Positions 40,141 to 57,271 of a stretch of 64,000 bases of DNA are shown in pieces. The stretch is from Utricularia gibba (Eukaryota; Plantae; Magnoliophyta). The stretch is from NCBI GenBank assembly GCA_002189035.1, contig NEEC01000020.1:310001-374000 (forward strand), read 5' to 3'. Position 1 is the first letter of the stretch. The number at the start of each line of letters is the position of its first letter. Position numbers and translations under genes: made by a program. The notes beneath the pieces were generated by a model, which did not search any database, was not told where the DNA came from, and was given only the letters and a program-made list of their open reading frames with translations.

Positions 40141-40957
40141 CCCGACCCGTACTTCTAGACATCTTTGGTAGAAAAGGGGAATACAGATATTTGTCTAGAA
40201 TAGCTTTTTTATTATTATTTAATGTAAAATATACGGAATAAAATATTATTGCAAATTTTTCGTATAAATTAGCATTGGATATTTTAACGAAGGTTCGTGA
40301 TCCAAAATGATTCAATTGTGTTTCTATTTAATTTAATTCAACTCTTATTATGAAAGATTTAAATGTGATTTTTAGTATTTATCATAACGATAAAAATCTT
40401 TTGATTTTTAATAAACGATATATCTTTCAATATTTGGTATTTATAGAAATTATTGAATGTCAAATTGAATATCGAATAATTATAAAGCTAAATATCAACA
40501 TTAGTCTTATAGAAAATCAATTGCCGAAATAACATAATATGATATTTCGAAATGGGTTGGTAGTAAGATATTAATATATTTAAATATAATATAATTGAGT
40601 ATGTATATATTCAATTGTAAGGTAGATAACAAATTATATGTTTGATATAAATAAGAAAACATATCTTATTGTAGATATAATTAATTCTAATTTCCACTTA
40701 TGTATACCACCAATGAATATGTAAATAGTATAGCAATATATGATTAACTTGCATATGCTAATTAATCAAATGATAATTTATGTGTAAACTTAAGTATAAA
40801 TTTTTTATATTATTTTATCAAACATTTTCTTTGTATTGTATACTATATACTTGTGGAGATGCTGTTTTTTGTATTTTGAGGTTTTATAGTATTGTTGAAA
40901 TTAATGTGATTTTTTGATTTAGAATAAATTTATATTTTCTAGCGAATTTAATTTAAA

Positions 40958-41182
40958 AAGTGTGTTTAGTACATAAATAAATTTTATCAGAAATAAAATG
41001 AGATTTATACTAAGAGTATATATAACAGTATAATTTTATCTAAATTCTTTCGATTTTATTATTTTATTTCATATTTATGATATAAATTATATCGATTATA
41101 ATTTATCTCATATATCAAATATCTTTTTATTTTTATTTTTCCATTTAACTATCATCATTTATCCTCTCTACAACACACATTT
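40958..41182. mobile_element. Possible Tourist-like MITE relic
   Basis: Left AAGTGTGTTTAG and right CTACAACACACATT form imperfect inverted ends. A similar end, ATGTGTGTTG..AG...GGATA, occurs at about 14113. Confidence 0.28.
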
Positions 41183-41467
41183 AAAAAGATTTAATTTTCC
41201 GAGTTTTGAATTTATTTTTTAAAAAATGGATATGAATTATGGCGTGGAGTGGATAACGTAGAAAATTAGGAGAATTATATGAATAATATCAATAATTTAT
41301 GGCTCTGTTGGACTCTCGGAGCATGAGAATCGTCCCTCTGACTCCTCACACCTCCTGCCTCCCCGCTCCTCTCCATTGCATTCTTATCAACAATTCTTCG
41401 CCGCCGGATTGCGAGTGCTTGTGATTCCCGGTGTTTCCAGATGCGCCTCTGCTCGGGTTTATAGGAT

Positions 41468-47392
<5,925 letters not shown>

Positions 47393-47790
47393 CATGAGTA
47401 AGCTTCCTTCTCCTCAAGAGCTCACAGTAAGAATAAGAAGAGATGCAAATGCATTCCTGGATTGCCAAACCGTTGGTTCAACATACACAAAATTCATCTT
47501 TGTGATCGTGTCGTCGATACCGTTACGGATCTAGATGAAAACTCATTGATTCGAATGAAGAACTTATGCTATACATCTGAGATTTCACCATTGCTCTGTT
47601 TTTCAAGATATAACACATTTTGGAGAAGGTGACTTGCAAGTGGAATAGGTGTTAGTTATGGCATAGGATCGAAAGCTTAGGCTGATGAACACAGTTTTCT
47701 GCGATCATCGTCGCACAGGATCAATGTACACAAGACTAACTAGAAACCTTTCCTGGATCAAAAGGGGGGTGGAGTGTGGTCACACTCTGG

Positions 47791-50700
47791 TTAACAGGCG
47801 GCTACTCTTCTTCTCTTGTAGCATTTTAGAGGTTTGTCGGTGTTTTCGACTTGCGTGGTGCTTGACATTCGGAAACTGAGCTGCTCAACGGAGCTTGAAA
47901 GGTCCGCCTGTAGTCAAGCGTGGACAGTTTGATAAGAGTATGCAAACTGAAATGTAGGTGAGGCAATGCTGAAAACCAGACAACAGTACCGGTGTCGTTG
48001 ACAACCTGCCTTCTCTGTTGTCTATATCAATGACGGCAATGCTGAGAACACAAAGAATCAGGTGTTGTTAAATGATGAGCAGAGAATAGGGTGGATTGAT
48101 CTGTGGAGTTTGGTTCCGGTTTCTATGTAAGAAACACTGAACCATACATACCTTGCTGAGTCTTGCTCCATGCTGTTTGTGTCCATGTGGTGATGATCAC
48201 GTTGGTCAACTCGAGAACTTGATCTGTTTCCCTCTGAAGCAGGGGTGAGGCTCTTGCTTGTGTCAACGACATTTTCTGTCATGTCGAAGACGATGAAACA
48301 CGCGCACATGGCAGTTAAGAAAACAACTTGCTGATTTGGGGATTCGTACCTCCAGTTAGGTGGCTTGATGGAGTGGAGCTGTTACTTCTCGCCAAGAGTT
48401 TGTGGCAAAATTCAGTGCCCTGGAAGCTCAGCAGTGGGAATTCGAGAAACTTCATCCTCTCTGATTCTGTCATCACTGTGAACCCGAATGAGTTCGTCCA
48501 AGTGCTGAGTGCAGTTGGAGCCGCTGGCAAAACCATCCTCTCGACTCCCCATTCCACAAGTTTCTGAATAGGAGTATATGTTGTTATGCATCCATGTAGG
48601 TAGGCGCATAGGGAATCCTTTATTTTGGTAGAAAAGATTGGATGGTTACCTGCTCAAGCACATTCATGAGAATCCTACACATTCCAAGTCGTTGATAACG
48701 AAATCGCGTTGCGACGAGAGGAACTTCAGCCACTCTTTTGCCATGAATCCTGGATTTGTTGAAGGTGTGATCCTAAAGTTGTTCCCAAGGAAGAAAATGT
48801 AGAAGATCACAAGCAGACTAACCTCACTGTAGCTACAGATATCACGTCGGTGTCCTTCTCCAACAAAACTGTATAAAATCCTTGGAAGTTCAGATGGTGA
48901 ATCTTCGACCTGTCAGGGAGATGCCATTTATTTTATCACATCACAATTGAACGTCAAAGATCAGTATGCACACGTAAAATGAAGTTCCAACATGCTAATA
49001 TGCTGTGGTGAAAGGCTCTGCCTTAAAGCCGAGGCTCTGAATTGATTCGAGATCGTAAATTGATCATGAACAAACAACTATTAACATGAAGATGCAGGTA
49101 AAACATTTGCAGAGTAGGGGGGTGATTAACAGAATTAGAGGCCTACCTATGGTTGAAGATAATGAAGTTAGCTAGATCCTTTTTGGTGCGAGGCTCTTCT
49201 ATTGGATTGAAACACTCGTGAATCACTTCGAGGGCGCGTTTCAATTTGCTGGAACTCTTCTTTGAACCCTTATCATGAGGATTTGCCTTTCTGTGTTTCA
49301 ACAGTGTCCATGTCAAATTTCCAGCTCCCACATGAATTGGTTTTCCAAGAATATGCTGAAGCCCAGAAAAAATCTTCAAACGGACACCAAGATAAAGAAA
49401 AACAAAGAAAAGTGAGTCAAAGGAACAAGAAGCAAATATGCAGACAGTATGGATTTAGAAAGAGCTTCACCACCTGTTCACATGTATCTTCACAGAACCA
49501 CTCATCACCATAAGAACTGCTCCAATTTGCAATACTATCTTGTGTGAAGCAATCAGAATGATCTATAAAAGACTCAAACGATTAGAGAATAATACAAGAA
49601 TACATATGCTTTGCGTGCAATACAACTACATAAATATATAAACATGCATACGAGTGTGCAAGGTTACTTACAGCGGCAGTCGCACTGGCTACAAATGAGT
49701 GCAGAAGCTTCAATCACTCGCCCTTTTCTAAGATTGCATGTATCCTGGTGGCAAATGCGACAACAGCATGGTGGACAGTACCAGTTACCATCTGGAACCT
49801 CCTTCAGATCACAAACATAATCACATTATGAAAGTAATAATTATAAAGTAAACAAGAGAGAAGAATCGATAATTATCGAGTAAGCGGTAAGACACCTGTA
49901 AACCAAGACACTGAATATGAAACGCGGATGGACATTGATCACAAAGAAGTAATTCACCCCACAATGGCAGATACTGCATATGCAGTCATTTTTTTCGTTC
50001 TGTTTATTTTTCTTGATTTTACCCGATTTTTTTTGCCTCTTGGATTCTTTTACAGGATTTGCTTCCTTATGTCTTGTTCTCTTCCTGAAAGCGCTGTCCT
50101 TGACTGTCTTGCCTGACTTAGGAGACGATAAGTCAGAGGACTCACTCAACAGATTCTCAGGTTCCTTATTCACAGAGAGGGAATATCTTGGGTACTCCAG
50201 CGCAAGAATTTCTTGATGTGATGGGTTCGGAGACAAGCACTCATCGACATCCTTGATGTGATACATGGTTCTATGTCTTCCGAGTGTTGATGAGCTATTG
50301 CATGAAGTGAGCTCGCCATCATTTTCATAATACCATTTGCAGGCCAAAAGAAGGGATCTAAACACTTTCCCTGATGGTGACATGTAGAACATATCCCTCC
50401 TGGGACCTAGGAAGCCAAAACTCCAACCAGCATTCGACAAATGCTTCTTTGCTTTCAGAGCTATCTGTTTCAACTCCGGTTTAGCTACTCTTGAATACCT
50501 ACTGTCCTTCGGAAAGCAGTAGTAATACTCTCTTACTGCTTCTGGGCAATACTCAGGTTCGATGGCAGGCGAATTATCATGTTCCAAATTCACCGGATTT
50601 CTAGTAACCCGGAAACTTTCACCCACAATGGGTGAAACTTCTCCAGTAGATTCCACATGAATCTTTCTGTCATTGTTTGAGCTTGTAGGCCCTTGTGGTG

Positions 50701-52564
50701 CAGGTTCAATCATTGGAACTACAAGAGTATGATCCCGAAAAGCAAGATTAAGAGAATAGTAGAGTTTCCCATCAGGAGAAATATAACGGAACCTCGTAAA
50801 GTATGCATCCTCCAAAAACTCAATTCTCCAGCCTAAATACAACAGATGCTTTCTTACATTCAAGACAAGAGCACGTGGAAGTCTTTTATTCAGACTAGAC
50901 AATTCCTTGCTCTCATGAATAGCCTCAGGGAAATATTCAGCCCCGGAAATAACTATAGGCACAGCTGCTCGCCAATGACTCCCAGATCTTCCAAATGAAC
51001 TCCTGCCATCTGGAAAACAAGCATTACCACTCGTAGAAGGATCTTCACTGACGCCATTTATACCAATCCTGGGATCCTCATCTTGACTATGAGATGAAGT
51101 CATTGACGGAAGGCAGGGCATCACTAATTCCTGTTCAATGAATGCTGATTGTGAGAATTTTACCAGAGCTTTCTGTTCACATTTTTTATCATTAACATGA
51201 GTTGGCTCAATTCTTTCACGGTAGAACTTAAGGGTATCATATGGTATGGCTGTAAGAGTTTTCTGGGAAAATCCTTTTTTCTTAATAACAGCATCAAAAG
51301 CTGTTACAGGATCAACCTCTCCAATGTCACCTGATGTCAGGTCTAAAAAGAGAGGCTTAAGAGCAATCCTGTAATTATCTGATAAAACCTCCCAGACTAA
51401 TTCTTCCCAGATGTCATAACAAGAAGCAGTCCACTCAGAGAGTGCTCCAAATCCACTTTTCAATCTCACTTCGTACCATATTTGCTTGACAGAAACAGGC
51501 AACGGCCATTCTTTTTGATAATCCTCAATTAGTAGAAGAAAGACCCATGATCCGCGAGGTATCCATTCTTCTGACACTTCATCCCAGTCCTTGGACAGCC
51601 GCAGCATATCCACCGTACCTTCCATTTCATCCCCCAAGTCAGGAAAGAAAATTCTCCTCTTCCTACTGTCATCCCTTCTGTCAAAAATCACACCTTCCCA
51701 CCAGGCATCCTCATAGAAGAAGTCGACACATTGTCCATAACGAAGAGAATATGGATCTAGTTCAGAAGCAGGTGGCAAAGGCCTCATGTTCCCCCGGTAA
51801 TTCATAGGTACTTCAACATCACCACTAGCACGCCCCTCAACTGCCGGGCTCACAGTTAACGTTTCAGTCAGATTGGAAGAACCCGCGTCATTCAAAAGGT
51901 GATCATATTGAACCACGCGAAAAGAACCTTTACACCCAATAATCCTCGCAGCATGCCAAGAGCCCTGAAAACCATCATCCAAACTCCGCACCTGACAAAA
52001 GTTCCTCAAATCAGAGCAAGATCAATGGAAACTCCAAACACAGAAAAAAAAAATACAAACAGACATGTAAAGACTAAAATTACTAATTTTTCACACCGAA
52101 TGCTGAACTGGATACCACTGTAAACTACACGATCGAAACGATAAGTAAAAAAAAAAAAAAAAAAAAAAGTGTTCTTGCTGCATGCCAGAACCCGATGAAT
52201 TCGTTTCAAATCCCCTCCCGATCACTCTAATTCCTCACACTCACTCCGCTTTCGTGTCATACATTCGAAGAAACCGCACATGCAAAAAAAAAAAAAAAAG
52301 AGCAGAAACAATCACGCTCCGTCACTGGAGCGCCGACGCAATGCCGGAACAATCAACAAAAGGAAGTCTCGAAAATCAACATCGCCGGACTCCAAGAATC
52401 AAGATCATCACCAAAAAAAAAAAAACATAAGATCAAAAACGCATTCAAAATCAATCGATCAACCGAAAACCACTACATCAAAACGTGACACAAATTCCAG
52501 TACAGAACCAAACCTCAACTCTTTCATCCAATAGCAGCTTCCTCCGAGTCCCTAACGCCGCCAT
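47791..52564 (-). CDS. Agenet/Tudor + PHD finger + GNAT acetyltransferase chromatin protein (At5g58610/IDM1-like family), with an apparent -1 frameshift at 49957-49960
   Basis: Exon 1 MAALGTRRKLLLDERVE splices to VRSLDDGFQGSWH (Agenet), with DFFYEDAWWEGVI downstream. The PHD reads [25 protein letters not shown] after correction, followed by PDGNWYCPPCCC. The GNAT reads LNFQGFYTVLLE, VAEVPLVATRF.Y.RLGMCRILM and LPAAP...TW..SFGF. The 3'-most exons and the stop at 47791 are less certain. Confidence 0.88.
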
Positions 52565-52821
52565 TGAGAGCAAATCGGCAAAAACCACGCCAGCCGAGGT
52601 CACGGAGAGTTCCGAAGTTTAATGAATTCCAAATATCAAATATATACAAATCCTCTTCTTTCGCGACGTACGATAATCAGTTTGCGTGGTCGCTAATCCA
52701 CTGTAAATTTTTATTTTTGGTAATTTTTATTTTATTAATAAAAAAAATATTTCCGTTGAGATATGACAGTTGTTTTCGCGGTATTTGCATGAGATCCGAT
52801 TGGTTAGGAAACCACCCGTAC

Positions 52822-52831
52822 GCCACGTGGC
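52822..52831. promoter_or_regulatory. Perfect palindromic G-box/ABRE GCCACGTGGC
   Basis: Located about 260 bp upstream of the Agenet-PHD-GNAT ATG (52564). Confidence 0.55.
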
Positions 52832-53216
52832 ACTTGATAACATATTTAGATCAAGTCCAACTTTGGAATAATTATCTTTTTAGATATACTTTTTGTTATA
52901 AATTAAAGATCAATAAAGGGATATCACGGTGAAATGACGAGTTTAACCTCAAAGTGTCCGTTATTTTAAATATCTTAGGGACATTATTGTAAAATCGTAC
53001 ATCCTCATGTGAAATTACACTTCATGCATAATAAATGCAACTTCTTGAAAATAAGAAATAAAAATAAAATTCTCAGCAATTTCTACTTTAGATCATTTTA
53101 ATTTTCATTTATGGAAAACAAAGAGATAATTATGTTGTGCTTTAAATTTAAAACCATAATTCAAATTTTTACACCAAAATCATTACACTAAATATTCTTA
53201 TTAGGTACTTGAAATC

Positions 53217-53398
53217 AATTTTAAATTACTTTACATTCTCATATTATTTTGTAGTAGTTAAAACTATGTTGATAAAAAATATATTACAACAAATAAAATC
53301 AAATTTTAAATTACTTTACATTCTCATATTATTTTGTAGTAGTTAAAACTATGTTGATAAAAAATATATTACAACAAATAAAATCCAATTTTAAATTA
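53217..53398. repeat. Near-perfect tandem duplication with period 85 bp (2 full copies plus a 12-bp partial)
   Basis: AATTTTAAATTACTTTACATTCTCATATTATTTTGTAGTAGTTAAAACTATGTTGATAAAAAATATATTACAACAAATAAAATC starts at 53217 and 53302. A partial third copy starts at 53387. Confidence 0.95.
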
Positions 53399-53913
53399 AA
53401 TACAAAGAATATAATAAAACAATTACATACTTATGAATTTATACAATCACTACTTCACCATAGATATTTCATTGTAATTAATTATATACATATGTTTGAC
53501 TCTATCACTAACACGTGAAAATCACACAAATACAAAAATAAAAAGATATTAATCAAAATACTTTTTTAATGGTTGAAAGAAAAAAATATTTATAAAAGAT
53601 AAGATATAAATCTTACGTTTGACTTATTTGATAGATTTAGATAAAATATTATATCTATCTTAAATTTAATTTTTTTACTATTATCTTTAAATCTATATTT
53701 AATTATTGAATCCTAGATCAAGTTTTTTTAAACTAATTTTATATGATATTGCAAAATTTGGATCATTTTGGCAAATAGTACAACTCTTTGCACAAAAGTC
53801 GCAAATCCCAAACAAAAGCGCATGCTTTGGTTTTTGGTTATTTTATTCGCTCTTTTTATTATTATTTTAATTTGGGGATTGTTGGAGTGGAAGGGATCGG
53901 GGTCTGCAAGAAA

Positions 53914-54390
53914 ATGAACGAGGGGGGTGTTTCCGCGGCGGAGGTCGGTGACTACGAAGACGATTCCGACACGAATTCGGACGGTTCACCGGAATACTAC
54001 CAGCCAATCTCCTCAGCGGATGCCGGAGACTCCGCTGAAGACGAAGATGGAGATCTTCTGGTCTCTGGTTACGACTTTCAGTTGCCGAACGGCTTAGGGG
54101 AAAATGGAGTAGCAACTCTCGATTTGAGTGAAGAAGATGGAGAAGAGGAGGAGACGCCCGAATCGGAACGAGCGATAGAGATAGCTTTTCAGGAGGACGA
54201 GCGGCGGCGCAACGCTCCTTTGCCACCGGAAAACTCCTATAGAGTAATTGAAGCCATGCGCGGCGTATCTTTCGCAGGCACCGTTCCCGAATGGGCCCAA
54301 CAGATCCCCGAGGACCAGTGGCTTAATCGCCTGCGGGGACTGAGACCATCCCCTGCCGGCACCTCAGGTGTAACCGCTGATTCATCTTGA
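53914..54390 (+). CDS. Small acidic protein with a C-terminal MEA1 (male-enhanced antigen 1)-like motif, intronless
   Basis: D/E-rich N-terminus and EYYQPIS. The C-terminal EDERRRNAPLPPE...VIEAMRGVSF....PEWAQQIPEDQW resembles the MEA1 core. The family name is from recall. Confidence 0.75.
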   Translation: MNEGGVSAAEVGDYEDDSDTNSDGSPEYYQPISSADAGDSAEDEDGDLLVSGYDFQLPNGLGENGVATLDLSEEDGEEEETPESERAIEIAFQEDERRRNAPLPPENSYRVIEAMRGVSFAGTVPEWAQQIPEDQWLNRLRGLRPSPAGTSGVTADSS

Positions 54391-54627
54391 AGCTGGTAAC
54401 GGTTATATAGTTTTTTATCTTCATTATCGAATGTGCACTCCATGTGTTCGACGAATTGAGGTCAGATTCTGTTTATTTGGAATTCAAAACAAATGCTTTA
54501 TTAGCTTCATTGACTCAATGGCTTGCACATCTTGTCATACCGTCCGGATGAACTCGCCTACATTTCTGAAAGTGAAGGCAAAACCTGAACTGTAGAATCT
54601 AAGCATCAGAGATCCAAACTGATGAAT

Positions 54628-56548
54628 TCAAGCCCCAATATTCTCAATATCAGCACTTCTCTCCATCCTCTTGATGATTCCAGCTATGACCTAATACAAG
54701 GATTGGATGACAGATGATGCATTAAAGCATTCAAAGCCGAGAAATTGAACAGAATACTGGTTTTATACCTTTCCAGGTCCCAGCTCATAGCTTTTCGTCA
54801 ACCCCCTTGTCAAAAGAGTCTTCACTGTTGTCTCCCATTGAACAGGGGAAGTAACCTGGAAATGCGAAAAGCAGGAAACATTACCTGTTTTTGTGCATTC
54901 GGATTATGACAGTTTACAGTTGAATGTGAGGTTCTTCTTACTTGGGAAGCTAGTATCTTTTTTAATGTATCTGGATTTGCATGTGGTTCAGCATCAACGT
55001 TGGAGATGACTGGTATTCTGGGGGTTTTGATCACTGTTGATGCTAAAGCAGCTTCAAGTCTTGACACTGCAGGTTGCATGAAACCAGTATGGAAGGCACC
55101 CGCTACTGCTAAGCGAACCTGCATAGATGCTTTGTGGTCATGTCGAATGCATTCTATCTTGAAGCTCATACATGGTACAAGTTGTAGGAAATGGCATTCA
55201 CCGTCATTCGAGCCTTGAATGATTTTGCCTTCGCTTCAACTGCTTCTATGCCTTTAAGGCCTCCAGAAACTGCGTAGTTACCCTACAAGATCAAGAAGAC
55301 ATGCTCCAATGGATAAGGTTATTCTTTTCAAGAACTTACACAGAGAGTACAGAACTTACAGTACACAAGAAGTTTGCAATTTGAACTCTACTGGCTTCAT
55401 CTACTTCTTCATTGGCAGCATCACAGAGTTGTTGCACCTTACCAGAGTCAAGTCCTATGATACTAACCATGGCACTCTGGACAGCATCCGAAGCATCCTA
55501 GGATCGCAGCAGAACAAAAGTATGGATTAGGGTGTACGATTACAACCGAGATTATTGTGGATGTTACCTGCATTGCTTCGCCTCTCAGCTTAACCAGCTT
55601 CAGCCCGTCCTCAAAGCTGAACAAGTGCATCTCCCCATTCAGCAAAGAGCAGTATGCCAATTTCAGAGAGTGAAGAACAATGTATCAGGAGTTCACCTTA
55701 GAGCTCCGGCAAATGAAAGTGCAGAATACTCCCCTAAACTCAAACCACAAGTTACATCAACTGAATCAATTATCTGCTGGCCACCTTCACGAGCCCGGAG
55801 AACCTCGACTGCAGCTAAACTCGTAACATAGATAGCTGGCTGTCAACACTTCAAAGGTTCAGGTGAAGCTAATCTCTCAGCAGATGAGCATATATTATTG
55901 ATATTACCTGGCTTATAACAGTAGAATCAAGTTTCTCCTTTGGTCCATTGATGCAGATGTCCAAAATGTCATACCTTGAGAACAGCATATGCAAATGACA
56001 ATCAGAAATATCAAAATATGCCTCCAGCAGATGAACTGCTAGAGTGGGTCAATCCCAGATTCCTGCTTGTGAACAACTAGTATACTAGTAGCCAATGGAA
56101 CTTTCTTCAACTGTTCATCAACATTACTGAAATTCCACCAAGAAAACCTTACCCCAAGATATCATTAGCACTTCTGTACAGTTCAGCAGCTGCAGGTACC
56201 TTTTGAGCCTCCATTCCCATTCCGACAGCTTGAGCGCCCTTGAAAATTGAAGTGGAAGCGAAATAGCCATAAGCATTTAAACAGCACAACTGCAGCCTTC
56301 AAGCACCGGTTCAATCTAACCTGACCAGGAAAGAAGAAGCCGGTGGAAGCTCTGTAATCCTTAAAAATTCCGTCATCAACAACAACGGCCTCAGAACCAA
56401 CGGAGACGCTCATCGAACACCCAGGAGTCCCAAGATTCCGGCGAGATATGCGGCGCACACTAAAACCCAATGGCCTCGTCAGCGATTCAGGAACTCCGAT
56501 TGCGGCTCTACCTAGGTAAATGGAAGGATAGGCCATTGAGGAACTCAT
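54628..56548 (-). CDS. MCAT: Malonyl-CoA:ACP transacylase (FabD/MCAT, EMB3147-like), organellar
   Basis: Transit peptide, FFFPGQGAQAVGMG, SQPAIYVTS, catalytic GLSLGEY, RLAVAGAFHT, PVISNVDA, QVTSPVQWE and YELGPGKVIAG. All exons are in frame. Confidence 0.96.
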
Positions 56549-56787
56549 TGCAGCGGAACGAGATGTGATTCTGGGGGATCAAGTGAATGAACGAGGACAA
56601 GCAAACGGCGCAGCTTAAAGGTAACTGAGAAGACGGCGACGGAGAAAACTAGGGACGCAGAGTAGAACGCCGTAAAACGAGGTCGGAAGCTTTCCGTTTT
56701 CCGTACTTTCGGGTTAAAAAGAAACCGGGTAAATCGCTCCAACCGGGAATCGAGCCGGCCCGTACCGTGGCTTTGGGTTTTGGGTAC

Positions 56788-56834
56788 GGCCCAATTGCAT
56801 CATCTTCTACTGGGCCAGTTTGCTTTGTAGCCCA
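56788..56834. promoter_or_regulatory. Cluster of site II (TGGGCY/RGCCCA) TCP-binding elements in the MCAT/UBA1 divergent promoter
   Basis: GGCCCA at 56788, TGGGCC at 56811 and AGCCCA at 56829, between two head-to-head housekeeping genes. Confidence 0.6.
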
Positions 56835-57271
56835 ATAACAAAGAGCATCAACTTCGTGTCCTATTTATACCTGAGGTACCCCGTGTTAAAGGTTGAAGCT
56901 CGAATATCTTCTTGTTGTGCCTCGTCTTCTTCTGGAAGATTCTCTTGGAACTTCATTCCTTGCTGCGTTTAGCTGTTTAAGGTGATTCATCTCTTTCGTG
57001 GCTCGATTGATTCAGAATCTTTTGGTGATCGTGAGATTCAGTGTGTAAAATGGCATCGCTGTTTGTGAGGGTGTTGCTAGGATTAGGGTTTTTGGTTTTT
57101 GTCGTAATATCAGGGAATGATGTGCTTAGAAGAAGGCTGATTCCGTTTAGTTCTTATTTATGTTCGATTAATGGTCACGATCCGGAGATTGTCTTGGGAT
57201 TGCTTTGGTATTCGCTTATTGGTGTGCTTTTTGTGGGATTTCAGTTTTTCTGTAGCTGGTTGTTTTTCTTT

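Noticed and set aside
53788-53913. Upstream extension of the MEA1-like ORF
   Set aside because: It starts at TTG in promoter/UTR-like sequence. The first ATG is at 53914.
57041-57271. N-terminal hydrophobic extension of UBA1 in the 240-aa ORF
   Set aside because: It starts at GTG within a T-rich region that looks like a 5' UTR intron. The family-typical start MLPQKRP is at 57272.
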